A stretch of 64,000 nucleotides of DNA from the NCBI GenBank assembly GCA_008690995.1, contig VRMN01000004.1:1178001-1242000 (forward strand), written 5' to 3'. This document shows positions 1 through 11,318 of the stretch, one piece after another. The translations under genes and the position numbers were made by a program. The first letter of the stretch is position 1. Every line of letters begins with the position of its first letter. A model generated the notes under the pieces. The model did no database searches. It saw only the letters and a list, made by a program, of their open reading frames with translations, and was not told where the DNA came from. The DNA comes from Porphyridium purpureum. Taxonomy: Eukaryota.

Positions 1-631
1 CGCTGCGAACCGCCTGCAACGTCTGCAGGCGGTCTTGAAACGAGCGCGTCGAGATGACTTTTGGATAGTACTCCTCCGAAGTATCAATATTGTGATTATA
101 TGCTGTTAGCCCAGCCTGCTTAAGTCGACTGGCCTGCTCTTCGTTCACCATACCCAAGGTGGCGCATACTTCCATATCCATAGCGCGAATCTCCGAAATC
201 ATATCGAGCACGCGATTGAACTGGTTCTTTCCCGCCGACGACACACCACGCCAGGCCGCACCCATGCAGAAGCGGGTGCTGCCGGACGCCTTTGCGTTGC
301 GGGCTGCCTCCAGAACGTCGGCTCCGTCCATGAGTTTCTCGGCCTTCACGTCGGTTTTGTACTTGGACGACTGCGAGCAGTACGAGCAGTCCTCGGCGCA
401 ACCGCCGGTCTTAATCGATAGCAAGGTACAACGCTGCACCTGTGATGGCGAGAAGTATGCGCGGTGCGCGCTCGCGCCGGCGTACACGAGCTCGAGCAGC
501 GGCATCTCAAACAACGAGCGCACTTCGGCCACTTCCCAGTCGCGCCGGACGGGGTACTTGACGCGCAGCGCGTGCTGCTCCGCTTGCGTCATACTTTGAA
601 GCGCATGCCTGGCCACCCGATTGGCCGCCAT
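1..631 (-). CDS. BIO2: Biotin synthase (radical SAM), 5' part; runs off the window start
   Basis: Manual minus-strand translation from ATG 631 (an in-frame ATG at 694 is also possible): MAANRVARHALQ...QVQRCTLLSIKTGGCAEDCSYCSQSS...RFCMGAAWR...VCATLGM...AYNHNIDTSEEYY. Contains the CxxxCxxC motif and the BioB signatures RFCMGAAWR and YNHNxDTS. Not in the ORF track because there is no stop in the window. Confidence 0.97.
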   Translation of the reverse strand, partial: MAANRVARHALQSMTQAEQHALRVKYPVRRDWEVAEVRSLFEMPLLELVYAGASAHRAYFSPSQVQRCTLLSIKTGGCAEDCSYCSQSSKYKTDVKAEKLMDGADVLEAARNAKASGSTRFCMGAAWRGVSSAGKNQFNRVLDMISEIRAMDMEVCATLGMVNEEQASRLKQAGLTAYNHNIDTSEEYYPKVISTRSFQDRLQTLQAVRS

Positions 632-912
632 CTTCGATCTTTCCGTCACGAATCCGTCCAAATGTCTCGCGCAAGTCGTTCGAGGCGTGCACATAAATCT
701 CTCCGTCACACGTACGAACGCGATCACCGCCGAAGTGACTCACTGTACCTGTCTTGAGCGTTGCATCTGGCGCATGCAAGTTGCAAGAAGCGTCGATGGC
801 ACTGAGACTGAATGGATGACGACCGACTTCGGCACCTTGCTCGGAAACAAAATAACGCTGTATCCTTTCTGTTTACTCTTCTCATCCCTCGTACCCACTC
901 CGAGCACCCAAG

Positions 913-1710
913 CTAGTACTGGGTCTTGAGCCACAGGGTGACAATAAGGCCAATCAGAAGCGACAGGAGCGAGTTTGACGCGGCCTGGATGACAAGAAGG
1001 TCGATAGGCTGTAAACTCGCAGTGAGGTTTGCGTATGCGCCACTAGAGTAGCGGTTGGTGTTGGTGAAGATTCGAGTCAGAAGGGTGCCGTTGAGTCCCT
1101 GAAGCCCAATCACGGTTGCCAGCAGCCCTGCCAAGCAGACCAGCGTGCCCACGTACAGCGAGCGCGAGATAAAGGGTCGAGAGATCTTGTCCCTCTGGTT
1201 CGCAATGTCCTTGAGCTGGAGCATGCAACGGTATCCGATACGCGTGTACCCATAGGTCCACAGAATCGCGACGATCGAGAAACACGCGCCGACGGTTGTG
1301 AACACCATCGCGAGCTTGGTTATACCGTTGATCGACACAGAACCCTCGACGGAAGGAAACGCTAGCGCAAAGCCGAGGATCACGGCCGAGACGATGGTCA
1401 GTGCGAGCTGCAGCCAAAACGCAATCCAGCCGAGCTTCCAAAAGACGACAGACGCCCGCTTAAAATTAATTTCCTGGGCACCCTTTCCCACTGCCATGGA
1501 CGGAGCAACGTCCTTTGCCAGCTTCTGCTCTTCATTGCTCATGCGCAGCGCAGCAGCTGATCGCACGCACGGCACACGCGTGCGCTCCCGTCGGCGCAGC
1601 ACGACATCACCTCGCGATCCCGCGCAAACCAACGACGTCCTTTGCCGCGAGTGTGCGAAATATCCACCGGGCGCTTGCAGGAGCCCGTTCACAAATGCCA
1701 CCGGCGCCAT
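913..1710 (-). CDS. DUF3611 / Tic21(PIC1)-like plastid membrane protein
   Basis: MAPVAFV transit-peptide-like N-terminus; LGWIAFWLQLALTIVSAVILGFA motif and four hydrophobic segments typical of DUF3611. Confidence 0.8.
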   Translation of the reverse strand: MAPVAFVNGLLQAPGGYFAHSRQRTSLVCAGSRGDVVLRRRERTRVPCVRSAAALRMSNEEQKLAKDVAPSMAVGKGAQEINFKRASVVFWKLGWIAFWLQLALTIVSAVILGFALAFPSVEGSVSINGITKLAMVFTTVGACFSIVAILWTYGYTRIGYRCMLQLKDIANQRDKISRPFISRSLYVGTLVCLAGLLATVIGLQGLNGTLLTRIFTNTNRYSSGAYANLTASLQPIDLLVIQAASNSLLSLLIGLIVTLWLKTQY

Positions 1711-1985
1711 TGACTCGTCACACTCTCACACCCGCACGTCTCATCGCTTCTCCCACGCTCGCGTCTCGCAACCAACCCAAACTCTCGCGCTTCACACCCA
1801 ACCAACCCACTGTACCGTACTGTACCTTCACACCAAAACATCACTGTACTCCACGTTCAGTTGCTATGATCAATCGAGCCATTTTTATGGCGAGGCAGCG
1901 GTTTCAAATCGTCTAGTAGAACGCAATGCTTTTTGCAGTAATGTGGTAAGCTGGTGAACGGAGTAGATTTTTTGCGGGGAAAGGT

Positions 1986-2023
1986 GGTGTGTGTTTGTGT
2001 GTGTGTGTGTGTGCGTTGTGTGT
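1986..2023. repeat. Imperfect (GT)n microsatellite
   Basis: TG/GT dinucleotide run with a few interruptions in a divergent spacer. Confidence 0.85.
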
Positions 2024-2283
2024 GCTTGGAAGGCAAAAGTTTGGGTGGGCCATGTCAATGTGCATTTGTTCGGTGGTATTAGCTGCGCAAGAAGAAGGCG
2101 AGCGCGGCCAGGGAGACAAAGACAAAGAAGACGGACGCGTCGACATATGCGAAAGCAAAGAAGAGCGACGGACGGCGCGTCTAATTTTTGCACAAGCGGG
2201 AGCGGCTGTTGCGCGGACATTGTGGTGCAGAGAACGGAGCGGCAGAGCTGGTCGGAGGCCGTTTCGGTGCAACAGCGGCCGAG

Positions 2284-3117
2284 ATGGCGTTTGTGCCCGC
2301 GTGTGAGCTGCGAGGCACTTGGCGCGGCTTGCCGCACGCCGCAGTGGGTCTGAGAGCGGCGCCGGCGCGAGTAATGTGCACCAGGACTCGAAGTGTGGTG
2401 ACGATGATGGCGGTTGCACCGGATGCTGGAGAGGAAGGACGTGCAAGTCCAGGCCGAGCCAGTGAGTTTGATGTGGTGGTGGTACCCGGCGACAAGCGCG
2501 TGCAGGACCAGCTTGCGGATGCCGTTTCGTGGGAAGCAGAGAAACTTAATTATGTCGACCATCTGGACTTTTTCGTACGCTCCGAGATGCACAAGTTTCG
2601 CGAGCGGTTGCACGAGGAGAATAAGCTGAGCGCGCGAAAGTTCAAAATCAAGTCGGATTACCTCGCGCTTCTCGAGACCTGCGTGCACACGTCGCGCTGG
2701 AACCAGGAACAAATGGTGATGGACAAGGAAGCGCGCGAGCGCCGCGCGCAAATTCAGTCTGAGCTCGCGGTGATTGACGCCCTGCTGAGGCGAGAGCAAA
2801 TGCGCACTGAGATGAGGAGCAGACAGCTTCGAACGCGACACGGCCGAGGCGGCGGCGCCAGGGCGGACAGGTCCCGCAGCGGCCAAGTTCAGAGGCTCGG
2901 CGCCACCGCGAAACCGATGCGGTCGCTGTCAAGCTTGGAACTGGCCTCTGTCGTTGTGCTCAGTGCCGCCGCCACCCTTGTCGGGCAGCACGAGCTAGCT
3001 CATTTTGTGGAAGAGTGGGGACCCAGCCGGTTCGAGTCGTGGTCTTTTTATACGTTTGGGCTGACTGTGGCGTGGGCGTATTTGACAGCCGTGTCGGACT
3101 ACAAGGAGGGCTTGTAG
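2284..3117 (+). CDS. Hypothetical, probably plastid-targeted protein with coiled coil and two C-terminal hydrophobic segments
   Basis: ATG 2284 gives MAFVPACELR (transit-like); charged helical middle; hydrophobic LASVVVLSAAATLVG and FYTFGLTVAWAYLTAV. Confidence 0.7.
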   Translation: MAFVPACELRGTWRGLPHAAVGLRAAPARVMCTRTRSVVTMMAVAPDAGEEGRASPGRASEFDVVVVPGDKRVQDQLADAVSWEAEKLNYVDHLDFFVRSEMHKFRERLHEENKLSARKFKIKSDYLALLETCVHTSRWNQEQMVMDKEARERRAQIQSELAVIDALLRREQMRTEMRSRQLRTRHGRGGGARADRSRSGQVQRLGATAKPMRSLSSLELASVVVLSAAATLVGQHELAHFVEEWGPSRFESWSFYTFGLTVAWAYLTAVSDYKEGL

Positions 3118-3415
3118 ACCTTGTGCCCGCATCGGCGCGCTCGAAGTTCAGTTTGTGGGTACAGGTTCAGTTGGAGTACACTAAACCCATAAAGTACAGT
3201 TTATTTTTGTACCTCGACACGGCCGACCGCGGCCGTGTGCGCGATGAGCCCGTTCGCGACTAGTAAAACCGCCTCGAATTGTGAGACAGTCGAGATTTCC
3301 AATTCTCGCGTGGGGGCTGTGGTAGAGTGTGCACGCGCGATAGGAAGTCGGCGGTGTAGAGGACAGACGACGCCGCGGCATTGAACGGCCCACGAGCACA
3401 CGAGCACAACGCATC

Positions 3416-4945
3416 ATGGCCTTTGTGGGGGGATCGGTATGTGTCCGTGCGACGCCCGAGATGGCGCGCGCGCCGCGCTCGCACAGTTGTGTGCCGCAGA
3501 GTAAGCCGGCGCTGGCATCGCACGCTGCGCGATTATCCCCGCGCCGCTGCCGCGCCGTGCGCGCCGGAAAGGCGGTCGTGATGGCGGCCGCCGCGTCCAG
3601 TGCGTTGGCCGAGGGTGTGGAGCAGCTGCCGGACTCGCAGGTCGGCATCGAGGTGTGCGTCAGCGCGCAGGAGACTGCCGCAGCGTTCGATAAGGTCATG
3701 CGCGAGATGGGCGGTAAGGCGCAGATTCCCGGGTTCCGCAAGGGCAAAGTGCCCAAACAGGTTTTGCTCAGCCACTTTGGACCGAAGAATGTGTACGGTG
3801 CGGCGTGCGAAGAAGTGTTCAATACCGCGGTCGGAAAGACGCTCCAGGAGAAGAAAATCAACTACATTGGCCAGGCCGCCATTGACGGAGACGTGGACGC
3901 CATTCTTGACACGTTCAGGCCAGGAGAGGCCTTCAAGTTCAAGATAAAGATCGATGTATGGCCCACGGCATCGTTCAGTGGTGAGTACAAGGGCATGTCA
4001 GTGGAGGCCGAGGAGGAGTTGTTCGATGAAGCGCTCGTCGAAAATGCGCTTGTCGAGCTGCAGAAGAAGAATGCGCTCCCTGTGATTGCCCCAGAGGGCA
4101 CCAAGGCAGCGATGGGCCAGGTGCTGGTGGCCACCATGACCGGATTTTTCAGGAACGACGACGGCTCGCAGGGCGCCGAGCTTCCAGAGATTGCAGACGG
4201 GAAAAGCATTGAAGTCCAGATGGAGTCGGGTGTGTACATGCCGGGCCTCGTGGAAGGCATCGTGGGCGCCAGTATCGGCGAGACTCGTCTGGTTCCTGTG
4301 GACTTTCCAGACAACGCCCCGCGCGCGGAGCTGCGCAACATCAAGGCATTGTTCAAAGTGGACGTCGAGGCCATCAAGAACAAGGTGGTTCCTGAGCTCG
4401 ACGACGAATTTGCGCAGCAGGTGAGTGAGGAGGACACCCTGGAGGCGCTCAAGGCGAACATTCGAGAACGCCTGGGCTCAGAAGCGTCCGCCCTGACCAA
4501 GAGCAATATCCAGAGAGCGCTGGAGGACAAACTGAGGGAGATCACCGAAGTGGCGTTGCCGGTGACGCTGGTCCAGGAAAGAACAAAGTCGAAGTTTGCC
4601 TCCATGATGGCCGACTGGAAGGATCAGGGAATGCCCGAGGAGCAAGTGAGAGCATTGATCACGCCCGAGAATTTTGAAAAATACGCCAAGAAGGCGGGCC
4701 CCAATGTAGAAAAGCAGCTTGCTTTGTCCTTCGCGTTCCAGAAAATCGCAGAGATCGAAGGATTGAAGCCTTCCGCCGGGGAGGTTGATGATCAAATCAC
4801 GATTGTCCGCGGCGAGCTCAAAGGCCAAGAGGTGGACGAAGAACTACTACGCGAGAACGTGGAGGCCGAACTTGTTCGCGAGAAAGTTCTGGATTTCCTC
4901 AAGGACAGCGCCACTATCAAGCTTGTGCCAAAGGCCAAGGTCTAG
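3416..4945 (+). CDS. tig: Plastid trigger factor (ribosome-associated chaperone/PPIase)
   Basis: Ribosome-binding signature IPGFRKGKVP; FKBP-like YMPGLVEGIVG; PELDDEFA; MAFV transit peptide. Confidence 0.95.
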   Translation: MAFVGGSVCVRATPEMARAPRSHSCVPQSKPALASHAARLSPRRCRAVRAGKAVVMAAAASSALAEGVEQLPDSQVGIEVCVSAQETAAAFDKVMREMGGKAQIPGFRKGKVPKQVLLSHFGPKNVYGAACEEVFNTAVGKTLQEKKINYIGQAAIDGDVDAILDTFRPGEAFKFKIKIDVWPTASFSGEYKGMSVEAEEELFDEALVENALVELQKKNALPVIAPEGTKAAMGQVLVATMTGFFRNDDGSQGAELPEIADGKSIEVQMESGVYMPGLVEGIVGASIGETRLVPVDFPDNAPRAELRNIKALFKVDVEAIKNKVVPELDDEFAQQVSEEDTLEALKANIRERLGSEASALTKSNIQRALEDKLREITEVALPVTLVQERTKSKFASMMADWKDQGMPEEQVRALITPENFEKYAKKAGPNVEKQLALSFAFQKIAEIEGLKPSAGEVDDQITIVRGELKGQEVDEELLRENVEAELVREKVLDFLKDSATIKLVPKAKV

Positions 4946-5113
4946 AATAAGCTATTTGTAATGAATGAAACTCCGTCACAATTTGCGCTGGGGTAGCCTA
5001 AGTGGCGGGACTCGTACGAGTTTGGCCGCGTGGCTTTCTTTCTCGTGAGCACAAGCTTGACACCCAAAGCGTTCGGCTCCTGTCGCCATGCTACACTAAT
5101 ACCGGCTGTGCAT

Positions 5114-5905
5114 TCATAAGAAGACCTGCATTTCTGTCTTGCTCGTCCACGGTGCGGTATTTGCGGAGACCGCGTCGGTTCCTTCTGACTCTGTGACGAC
5201 CTGGATGCCGATCGTTGTCGAGTGGGGCAATAAATACGTCTCGAGCTGAACAGTGGCAGCGAAAGCGAGAACAGCACTGTATTCTGAGAGCGCCATACAA
5301 GTGTAGTAAATCCTTCCCGTCGAATGCAACCACGCATCATCGCCTTGCCGCCTATTCCACGCCTGCGCGAACGCTGCGACGAGAGTCGCAGCAAGCAGCT
5401 GCACAGCTGCGAGGATGATGTGTACCGTCGCGCACCACGGCGGCAAAGGAGTTGCAAGCAGTCTGTACATGATCACACGCGCCACGGTCCATAGAAAGCC
5501 GAAAAGAAAGACCAGAAACGAGAGAATATGATGCAGCAGGTAGTCAGACGACATCTGTGCCATCGCACCCAGGCACACAGCGGCAGCCGTCAGAAACGTG
5601 GCGCCGCTTCTGGGCACAGGCCGACGCAGATAGATGATTCCATTAAACAACATGAGTAAGAGGGCTGCGGATGACATACACAGCGTGTACGCCATGCGCT
5701 CCGGATCCTTCACGGACGCATCGGAGATCATAGGCACGGGGTTCAGCCGGTCCGGATTCAGCAGTACACGCAGGGCACACAGCGCACCACAGCCTAGTAC
5801 CACACTCACCGTTCCTAGCTGAATCCAATTACGCACGCGCACACGCACTTGCGTGGATTGTCTGCCATCCACACCATCTCGCACGACCTGTTCCATCTCG
5901 ACCAT
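5114..5905 (-). CDS. Frag1/DRAM/Sfk1-family membrane protein
   Basis: Six hydrophobic helices, PMISD...PE after the first helix, His in the fourth helix (LHHILSFLVF), and ALSEY in the last. Confidence 0.75.
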   Translation of the reverse strand: MVEMEQVVRDGVDGRQSTQVRVRVRNWIQLGTVSVVLGCGALCALRVLLNPDRLNPVPMISDASVKDPERMAYTLCMSSAALLLMLFNGIIYLRRPVPRSGATFLTAAAVCLGAMAQMSSDYLLHHILSFLVFLFGFLWTVARVIMYRLLATPLPPWCATVHIILAAVQLLAATLVAAFAQAWNRRQGDDAWLHSTGRIYYTCMALSEYSAVLAFAATVQLETYLLPHSTTIGIQVVTESEGTDAVSANTAPWTSKTEMQVFL

Positions 5906-6238
5906 CAACCTCAAAACCGTCGGACCAAATGCTCACAGGGGCTGCTCTCTCTCTCTCTCTCTCTTCGGCAGTCCTTGTCTCATAAGAGGCGGTACAGTCG
6001 GTACAGTTCCGCTCATCTTTGGAAGAAACCCTCGACGTGAATCGGTTTAGGGTTACCTTTAGAGAGACCCTATCGGTTTGACAGGGGACAAAAGGCGAGG
6101 GGAAAGGCCTTGAAGCCGATGTGCCACCCGCGTCTGTGCGAGTGTACGTTCAGTGCCGATCACGAGGCACCAGGCTGTTGCGTCGCAGGTGCACGTATCC
6201 AGTGAGCTAGCTGCTGATTGGTGCGGGATTGGCACGGG

Positions 6239-8542
6239 ATGGCGGGGCACGAGGATGGTAGCAAAAGCGACCACGGCTCAGACCGTGATTCACAATCGAG
6301 TGATGCAGCGTCGCAGGCGTCTGCCGAGTCAAAGGTCGTCAAACGGGAGAAGCGCGGTGATGAGTCGCGTTCTGTGAGCGCAATGAATCCGCTTGTCGCG
6401 GCGTTCTATCGTGCGAGCAGCCTGCAGCGCACGGAAGCGGCGGAGGTGCTCTTTGGGTCGTCTGCAACCGACTCGATGTCTGGCCCAACTGCTAATTCAG
6501 GCGCGGCGTCGGGTTCTGAATCAGAGATGGACTTGCAGCGGAGGACGCATAGTAAGCTCACCGAGAAACCGCCCAGCGTGTGGTCAGTCGTGGTGGTGTT
6601 GTCTGTGTGTCTGCTGCTCGTGGCCGGAATTTTACTGGCGTTATACAAGGTCACGCAATCAGAGCAATGGCCGACGAGCATCGAAGAGACGAAAACAAGA
6701 ATCAAAGAGACGACCGACTACTTCGAAGAAACCATTGAGAAGGTGAAAGAACGTGTGTCGAGAAAAGAGCAGCTGCGGAGAATTGGCTGGTCTATGAAAG
6801 GAAATCGCGTGGCCGACGCTCCGGTCATTATCATCCCGGGTATCACGTCCATCAGTATGGAAATGTGGGATGGGCGTGAATGCGCCGCGCAGGTTACATT
6901 TCGGGAGCGCCTTTGGGGAGGATTGATGGACGGCGTGCGTCATTTCCTCCGGGATACGAAATGTTGGATGGAGCACATGAGTCTTGACCTGCTCACTTGG
7001 GATGACCCGGCAGGTATCCGACTGAGGCCCGCGGCCGGCTTTTCAAGCGCTGATTTCTTGCTTCCGAACTTTTGGGTCTGGGGCAAGATGCTCGAGAACC
7101 TGCACGATGTTGGGTATGAGCCAAGGAACATGCACTTGCTCACGTACGATTGGCGGCTCTCCTTTCACGATCTCGACTCACGTGATGCATTCTTCAAGCA
7201 GCTCCAAGTTCACGTGGAGCTGCTGCGATGTCGAAATGGGGGCAAGCGAGTGGCGCTCCTGACTCACTCCATGGGGGGCTTGATTACGCAGTACTTTCTG
7301 CAATGGGCGGAATATAATTTAGGAACACGCTGGATCAACGAGCACCTCGTGAGCTGGATCAATATTGCGAGCCCATCACTGGGTGTATGTAAGTCGGTCA
7401 GTGCCGTGCTCAGCGGGGAGATGCGTGATACGGCTGAATTTGGACGGTTCAGTCGACAAATGTTCGGCTCGCTGTTCGGTTATGACCGTACGATCAGCTT
7501 TTTCCGGAGCCTGGGCTCCTTACCGAGCATGTTTCCAATTGGCTCTGCCAAAATGTGGCATGCGTACTCGGGCAAGACAGACGACGAAGCTCCGCTGCTC
7601 TCCTTTGAGACCCTCGCGCCAGACTCTTCTGTTTTAGCCTCTGCACGGAATGAGACGCTGAAGGAGGCATGGGACAATGTGGTGCAGGAACGAATTATGG
7701 ACCGTGCTCAAATTGAACGCCTCGCGAATGGAACGTCATATTCTGTGTCCAATTATTTTGACTTTCTGGCGGAGGCCATTCCGCGCTATTATAAGCAAGT
7801 CAAGACGCATTATGAGTTGAACGGCAACAATAATAGCCGCAATTCATGGTACTCTGCGCTCCACAATCCGCTGCCACAGGCGCCGCAGCTCAAAATTTAC
7901 TGTCTGTACGGCGTGCTGAATTCAACGAGTACCGAAATCGGGTACCACTACCTCATTGACGGAAGCCAGAATCTGTCAGACTCGTCGTCGATATTTTTCC
8001 TTAATCCTGGTGCTTCAAGCGAGCGAGGCGACGTGAAAAATGGGGTGATCATGGGTTACGGCGACGGGACGGTGCCGCTTGCGTCGCTGGCACACGGCTG
8101 TTATCTGTGGAAACTGGGAGACGGAAGTCCCATCAACAGGATGAACCCGGCTAATATTCCCGTGACGATCCGCGAGTACCTACCGGGCGGACCGTCCGAA
8201 ACTAGGAACCTTGGTGCGGCGTTCTGGACTGAAGACTTCAACACGCTGATCCGCGGCGGCGAGTTTGCGGTAACTCACGTCGAAATCTTAGGTAATAGGG
8301 AGGTGCTGCGGGACGCGCTGCACATTCTCACCAAGCCTCTTAGGAACGATCACCAGCAGCGAGACATGGACGGCGATGTCGATGAGCTGAATGATCAAAT
8401 CCAATCGCACTCGTTCGACGCCTACTTGAAAACGCTCGACTCGAGTGAGCAAGTGGATCGTGTGATCGACCTGTTTGAACAGTGCAAGGTCAGCGCGCCT
8501 GTAGTCAAAGACGAACACGCTCCTTCCAGCTCAGACCGATGA
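6239..8542 (+). CDS. PDAT: Phospholipid:diacylglycerol acyltransferase (LCAT family), copy 1
   Basis: N-terminal TM helix; PVIIIPGITS; YDWRLS; catalytic THSMGG; LSGEMRDTA; GDGTVP; HVEILG. Confidence 0.92.
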   Translation: MAGHEDGSKSDHGSDRDSQSSDAASQASAESKVVKREKRGDESRSVSAMNPLVAAFYRASSLQRTEAAEVLFGSSATDSMSGPTANSGAASGSESEMDLQRRTHSKLTEKPPSVWSVVVVLSVCLLLVAGILLALYKVTQSEQWPTSIEETKTRIKETTDYFEETIEKVKERVSRKEQLRRIGWSMKGNRVADAPVIIIPGITSISMEMWDGRECAAQVTFRERLWGGLMDGVRHFLRDTKCWMEHMSLDLLTWDDPAGIRLRPAAGFSSADFLLPNFWVWGKMLENLHDVGYEPRNMHLLTYDWRLSFHDLDSRDAFFKQLQVHVELLRCRNGGKRVALLTHSMGGLITQYFLQWAEYNLGTRWINEHLVSWINIASPSLGVCKSVSAVLSGEMRDTAEFGRFSRQMFGSLFGYDRTISFFRSLGSLPSMFPIGSAKMWHAYSGKTDDEAPLLSFETLAPDSSVLASARNETLKEAWDNVVQERIMDRAQIERLANGTSYSVSNYFDFLAEAIPRYYKQVKTHYELNGNNNSRNSWYSALHNPLPQAPQLKIYCLYGVLNSTSTEIGYHYLIDGSQNLSDSSSIFFLNPGASSERGDVKNGVIMGYGDGTVPLASLAHGCYLWKLGDGSPINRMNPANIPVTIREYLPGGPSETRNLGAAFWTEDFNTLIRGGEFAVTHVEILGNREVLRDALHILTKPLRNDHQQRDMDGDVDELNDQIQSHSFDAYLKTLDSSEQVDRVIDLFEQCKVSAPVVKDEHAPSSSDR

Positions 8543-9665
8543 TGGGAACTGTGCGAACCAGCAATCCATCCCCAAACCCACAGCCACCACATCTCACTTA
8601 ATCGTGTACTTTTGACTTGGTACTCACGCAAGTACCTCGACCGTAACGCTGAGCCACTGTAAATCCATGCATGCACGTGCATCGCTTCGACAATCTGCCT
8701 TGGCGCGACTACGGATTGCACGAAGCCTAGCGCTCGACAAGCCTTTGCAGTTTTCCGTGCGCCGGACGAATCTATTCAGGCGACGGTCAGTGAAGCCCTT
8801 GCGCTGTACCAACGTTCGGGAATTTCGCGCTCAAAGCCATGCCCTGCTGACTTTTTGGATGCTACCACGCGACGTTCACAACGCCCGCTCGATGATTCGC
8901 ACGAACGCTGTTCGACGGTTCAGCAAACGGTTTACCGGAATCACGTCGAACGCAAAGTCGATTCAATCTCGGGTCATCCATCACGCATCCCCTTGTTCTG
9001 GCGCGACACGACAGAACATCACGGAATCAGCGTTTGGATATCTCACGTCAGCCTCATCTTACTTTCACTCCCTCTGTTGCGGCCCAACCAGCGAGCCAGC
9101 GAGCCAGCGCGCTTCTCACATAGGAGTGGAACGCTCAGTCCTTGACCCGCCCGCGCACTGTGTTGCGTATCTTATCTGGGTGTGTGTCACCATACGTGTG
9201 TGCCTGTTCCGCGACGCAAAACGGCACTGGCCGCGTCAGCAAGTCGGCCGCACTCATGCAACTGTGGAAATCGGGGGCGTGGTAATGTAAATCTCGAGAT
9301 TCTTAAGACTCCTGTTCAGATGAAGTCGGGCCGAAAGCAACAACACACGCCGCGGGAACAAGGGGCCGCCTGCTCATTATGGATGTGGATGCGGATGTGG
9401 ATGTGTATACTCTGAAGCGCTGAGAAAGACGCAACGCGGTTGCGTGAGAATAGGCTCGCTGCGCGCGGGGTTTGTTGCCGGGACGCACGCTTCCAAGCTG
9501 GGACGAGGGGTTTTGCTCGCCCACGTGGTTCAAGAGGAAAAAGAAACAAGGGAAAAAATAGGAAAGGGAACAAGGAGCAATCTTGCGGCGGTCGAAAACG
9601 AAAAGATCTTGGGACAAGCGGCACTTGGCGGGAAACGCGTGTGCTTTGTGATGCGGACGCGAGCG

Positions 9666-10244
9666 ATGGCAACTATCACGTCGTTGGCGACTGCGACGCT
9701 CCCGGTGGACGAGACGCAGCCCAGCCCTCTGCCGACTCTCAGCCCCGGTAAGCATAACATCTACCAGAGCGAGCGCGCTGTGCCTGACTGGGAGCAGATG
9801 AGGAAGAAAAGTTTGATTGAAACTGCCGCAGAGCATCGTTTGCGGGACCATTCGGCCACGACGGGTTCTGGTTTCACCGCGTCGCGAAGCGCCAGTCGAA
9901 TTCCCGTCATGGCCGACATCAAGAAAACCTCGGGCGGTGTTCGCCTGCTCGGCGGCCGCACGCCCCGGATTCGTGAGTCTCTCAAGTGCTCGCTGCCAGC
10001 GATTCTTGAGCTCGATGATGAGACGACGTCGGCGTCCTCTTCCGCATGCGCCACGCCCATTACCCGGCAGGCCAAGAGGCAGTCGTCTACCATGCTCATG
10101 AAGGAAGCAGTGACCCCGAGCCAAGAAGCCGCTGCTGTCATGCGTGCCATGCAATTGGAACAGCGCAGCTCCGCACAAGAAAGATTAGCTGCTGCTGCCG
10201 TTCGAGTAGAAAACAAAGGCGAGGCTCGGCAGCCAGAAGAATAG
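9666..10244 (+). CDS. Hypothetical Ser/Thr/Ala-rich, probably disordered protein
   Basis: 192-aa ATG-initiated ORF followed by a T-rich 3' region, convergent with the phosducin-like gene; no recognisable domain. Confidence 0.5.
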   Translation: MATITSLATATLPVDETQPSPLPTLSPGKHNIYQSERAVPDWEQMRKKSLIETAAEHRLRDHSATTGSGFTASRSASRIPVMADIKKTSGGVRLLGGRTPRIRESLKCSLPAILELDDETTSASSSACATPITRQAKRQSSTMLMKEAVTPSQEAAAVMRAMQLEQRSSAQERLAAAAVRVENKGEARQPEE

Positions 10245-10387
10245 CATACGAGCGAACGTGGCGCCCCATTTTGTATTTTTTTTCCTTTCCTTCTTCCACA
10301 TGTTTCCAACTCATGTCCAACATAAACACAAAGGAAGCAAAAGCAGCACGTGTATCCCTCGCGCAGCGCCGCACGAGATAGAGCGCC

Positions 10388-11077
10388 CTAGACACGCTTT
10401 ATGTTGAAGCCCTTTTCTTCCTGATTCGGCGGCTCGTCCATGTCCGTGTGCACGGCTCCGACTTTGCTCAGTGCCCACTCGAGGTCATCTGCGTTGGAGC
10501 GAAGGCCACGAAATCGGTCAAGTCCGACAAACTGTACGAGAATCTTGCCTGCCTTGTACACGAGAATGGTGGGACATTTGGAGTCTGGGTAATTCTTGAT
10601 GGCGTCCGTGGCCTTGCACGCGAGAAACTTGGTGTACACAAATTTGGTCGCCAGCTCGCGCAGCAGCTGGAGAGCAAGTTTGCACGCCTCGATACCTTCT
10701 TGTGTCAGCAACACCACGACGTACGCGTCTTCCGTGGCGTTCGTGACCTCGGTCTTCCACTCATCGGCGTAGATTTGGCGGACACCCGGGCCGTACCTCG
10801 GTCGCGAGGCGTCCTGTTTCAACTCTGCCACACGCGCTGCACGGTACTTTTCCAGAATACGCTCCTCCTCGGAATCCGCTTCCTCAAGTTCCTCATCCAG
10901 CTCCTTGACGTTCTTATTTGCGTGAGGGTCGTACGCCTCAACCGCATCATCTACGAGTTTGCCCAACTGCTCCTCTACGATCTCCTCCTGGGTCTTCTCA
11001 GGGATGACCCCTTTCTCGCGCAAAATGTCTTCCCATTCCGTCGTCTCCTTCGCCCCGCCCGTTCCTAACGTCGCCAT
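10388..11077 (-). CDS. Phosducin-like protein (PhLP2/PDCL3 type)
   Basis: TTEWEDILREKG N-terminus, acidic helix LEKYRAARVAEL, and thioredoxin-like domain with NYPDSKCPTILVYK. Confidence 0.9.
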   Translation of the reverse strand: MATLGTGGAKETTEWEDILREKGVIPEKTQEEIVEEQLGKLVDDAVEAYDPHANKNVKELDEELEEADSEEERILEKYRAARVAELKQDASRPRYGPGVRQIYADEWKTEVTNATEDAYVVVLLTQEGIEACKLALQLLRELATKFVYTKFLACKATDAIKNYPDSKCPTILVYKAGKILVQFVGLDRFRGLRSNADDLEWALSKVGAVHTDMDEPPNQEEKGFNIKRV

Positions 11078-11318
11078 CACACCCACAAACGCAAGCAAGT
11101 CCTCAGTCCGTCCGTCGATCAATCCTTTCTCATCCGATGAAACAGACACCCAACAAATCTTTCAACACAGTTAAGAACTTTATCTGGTTTTACTCTTTCG
11201 CCGTCGTTACTTATCTATCTACGAGACCGACCGACACTGTGAATGGAACGGCACGATGTAGCGGCAACTACTCCAAGGCGCGGGCGACTACGAGTGCATT
11301 CGCGAGCGCCAAAAGCTT

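Noticed and set aside
1885..2886. Long antisense or overlapping ORFs (also 9303-10178, 20815-21780, 41024-42157, 51073-52323)
   Set aside because: Shadow frames of real genes in GC-rich DNA with no recognisable motifs.
8545..9660. Gene or ncRNA in the long spacer (ORF 8667-9290)
   Set aside because: No protein-like motifs, tRNA boxes, snRNA signatures or ribozyme core that I could support.
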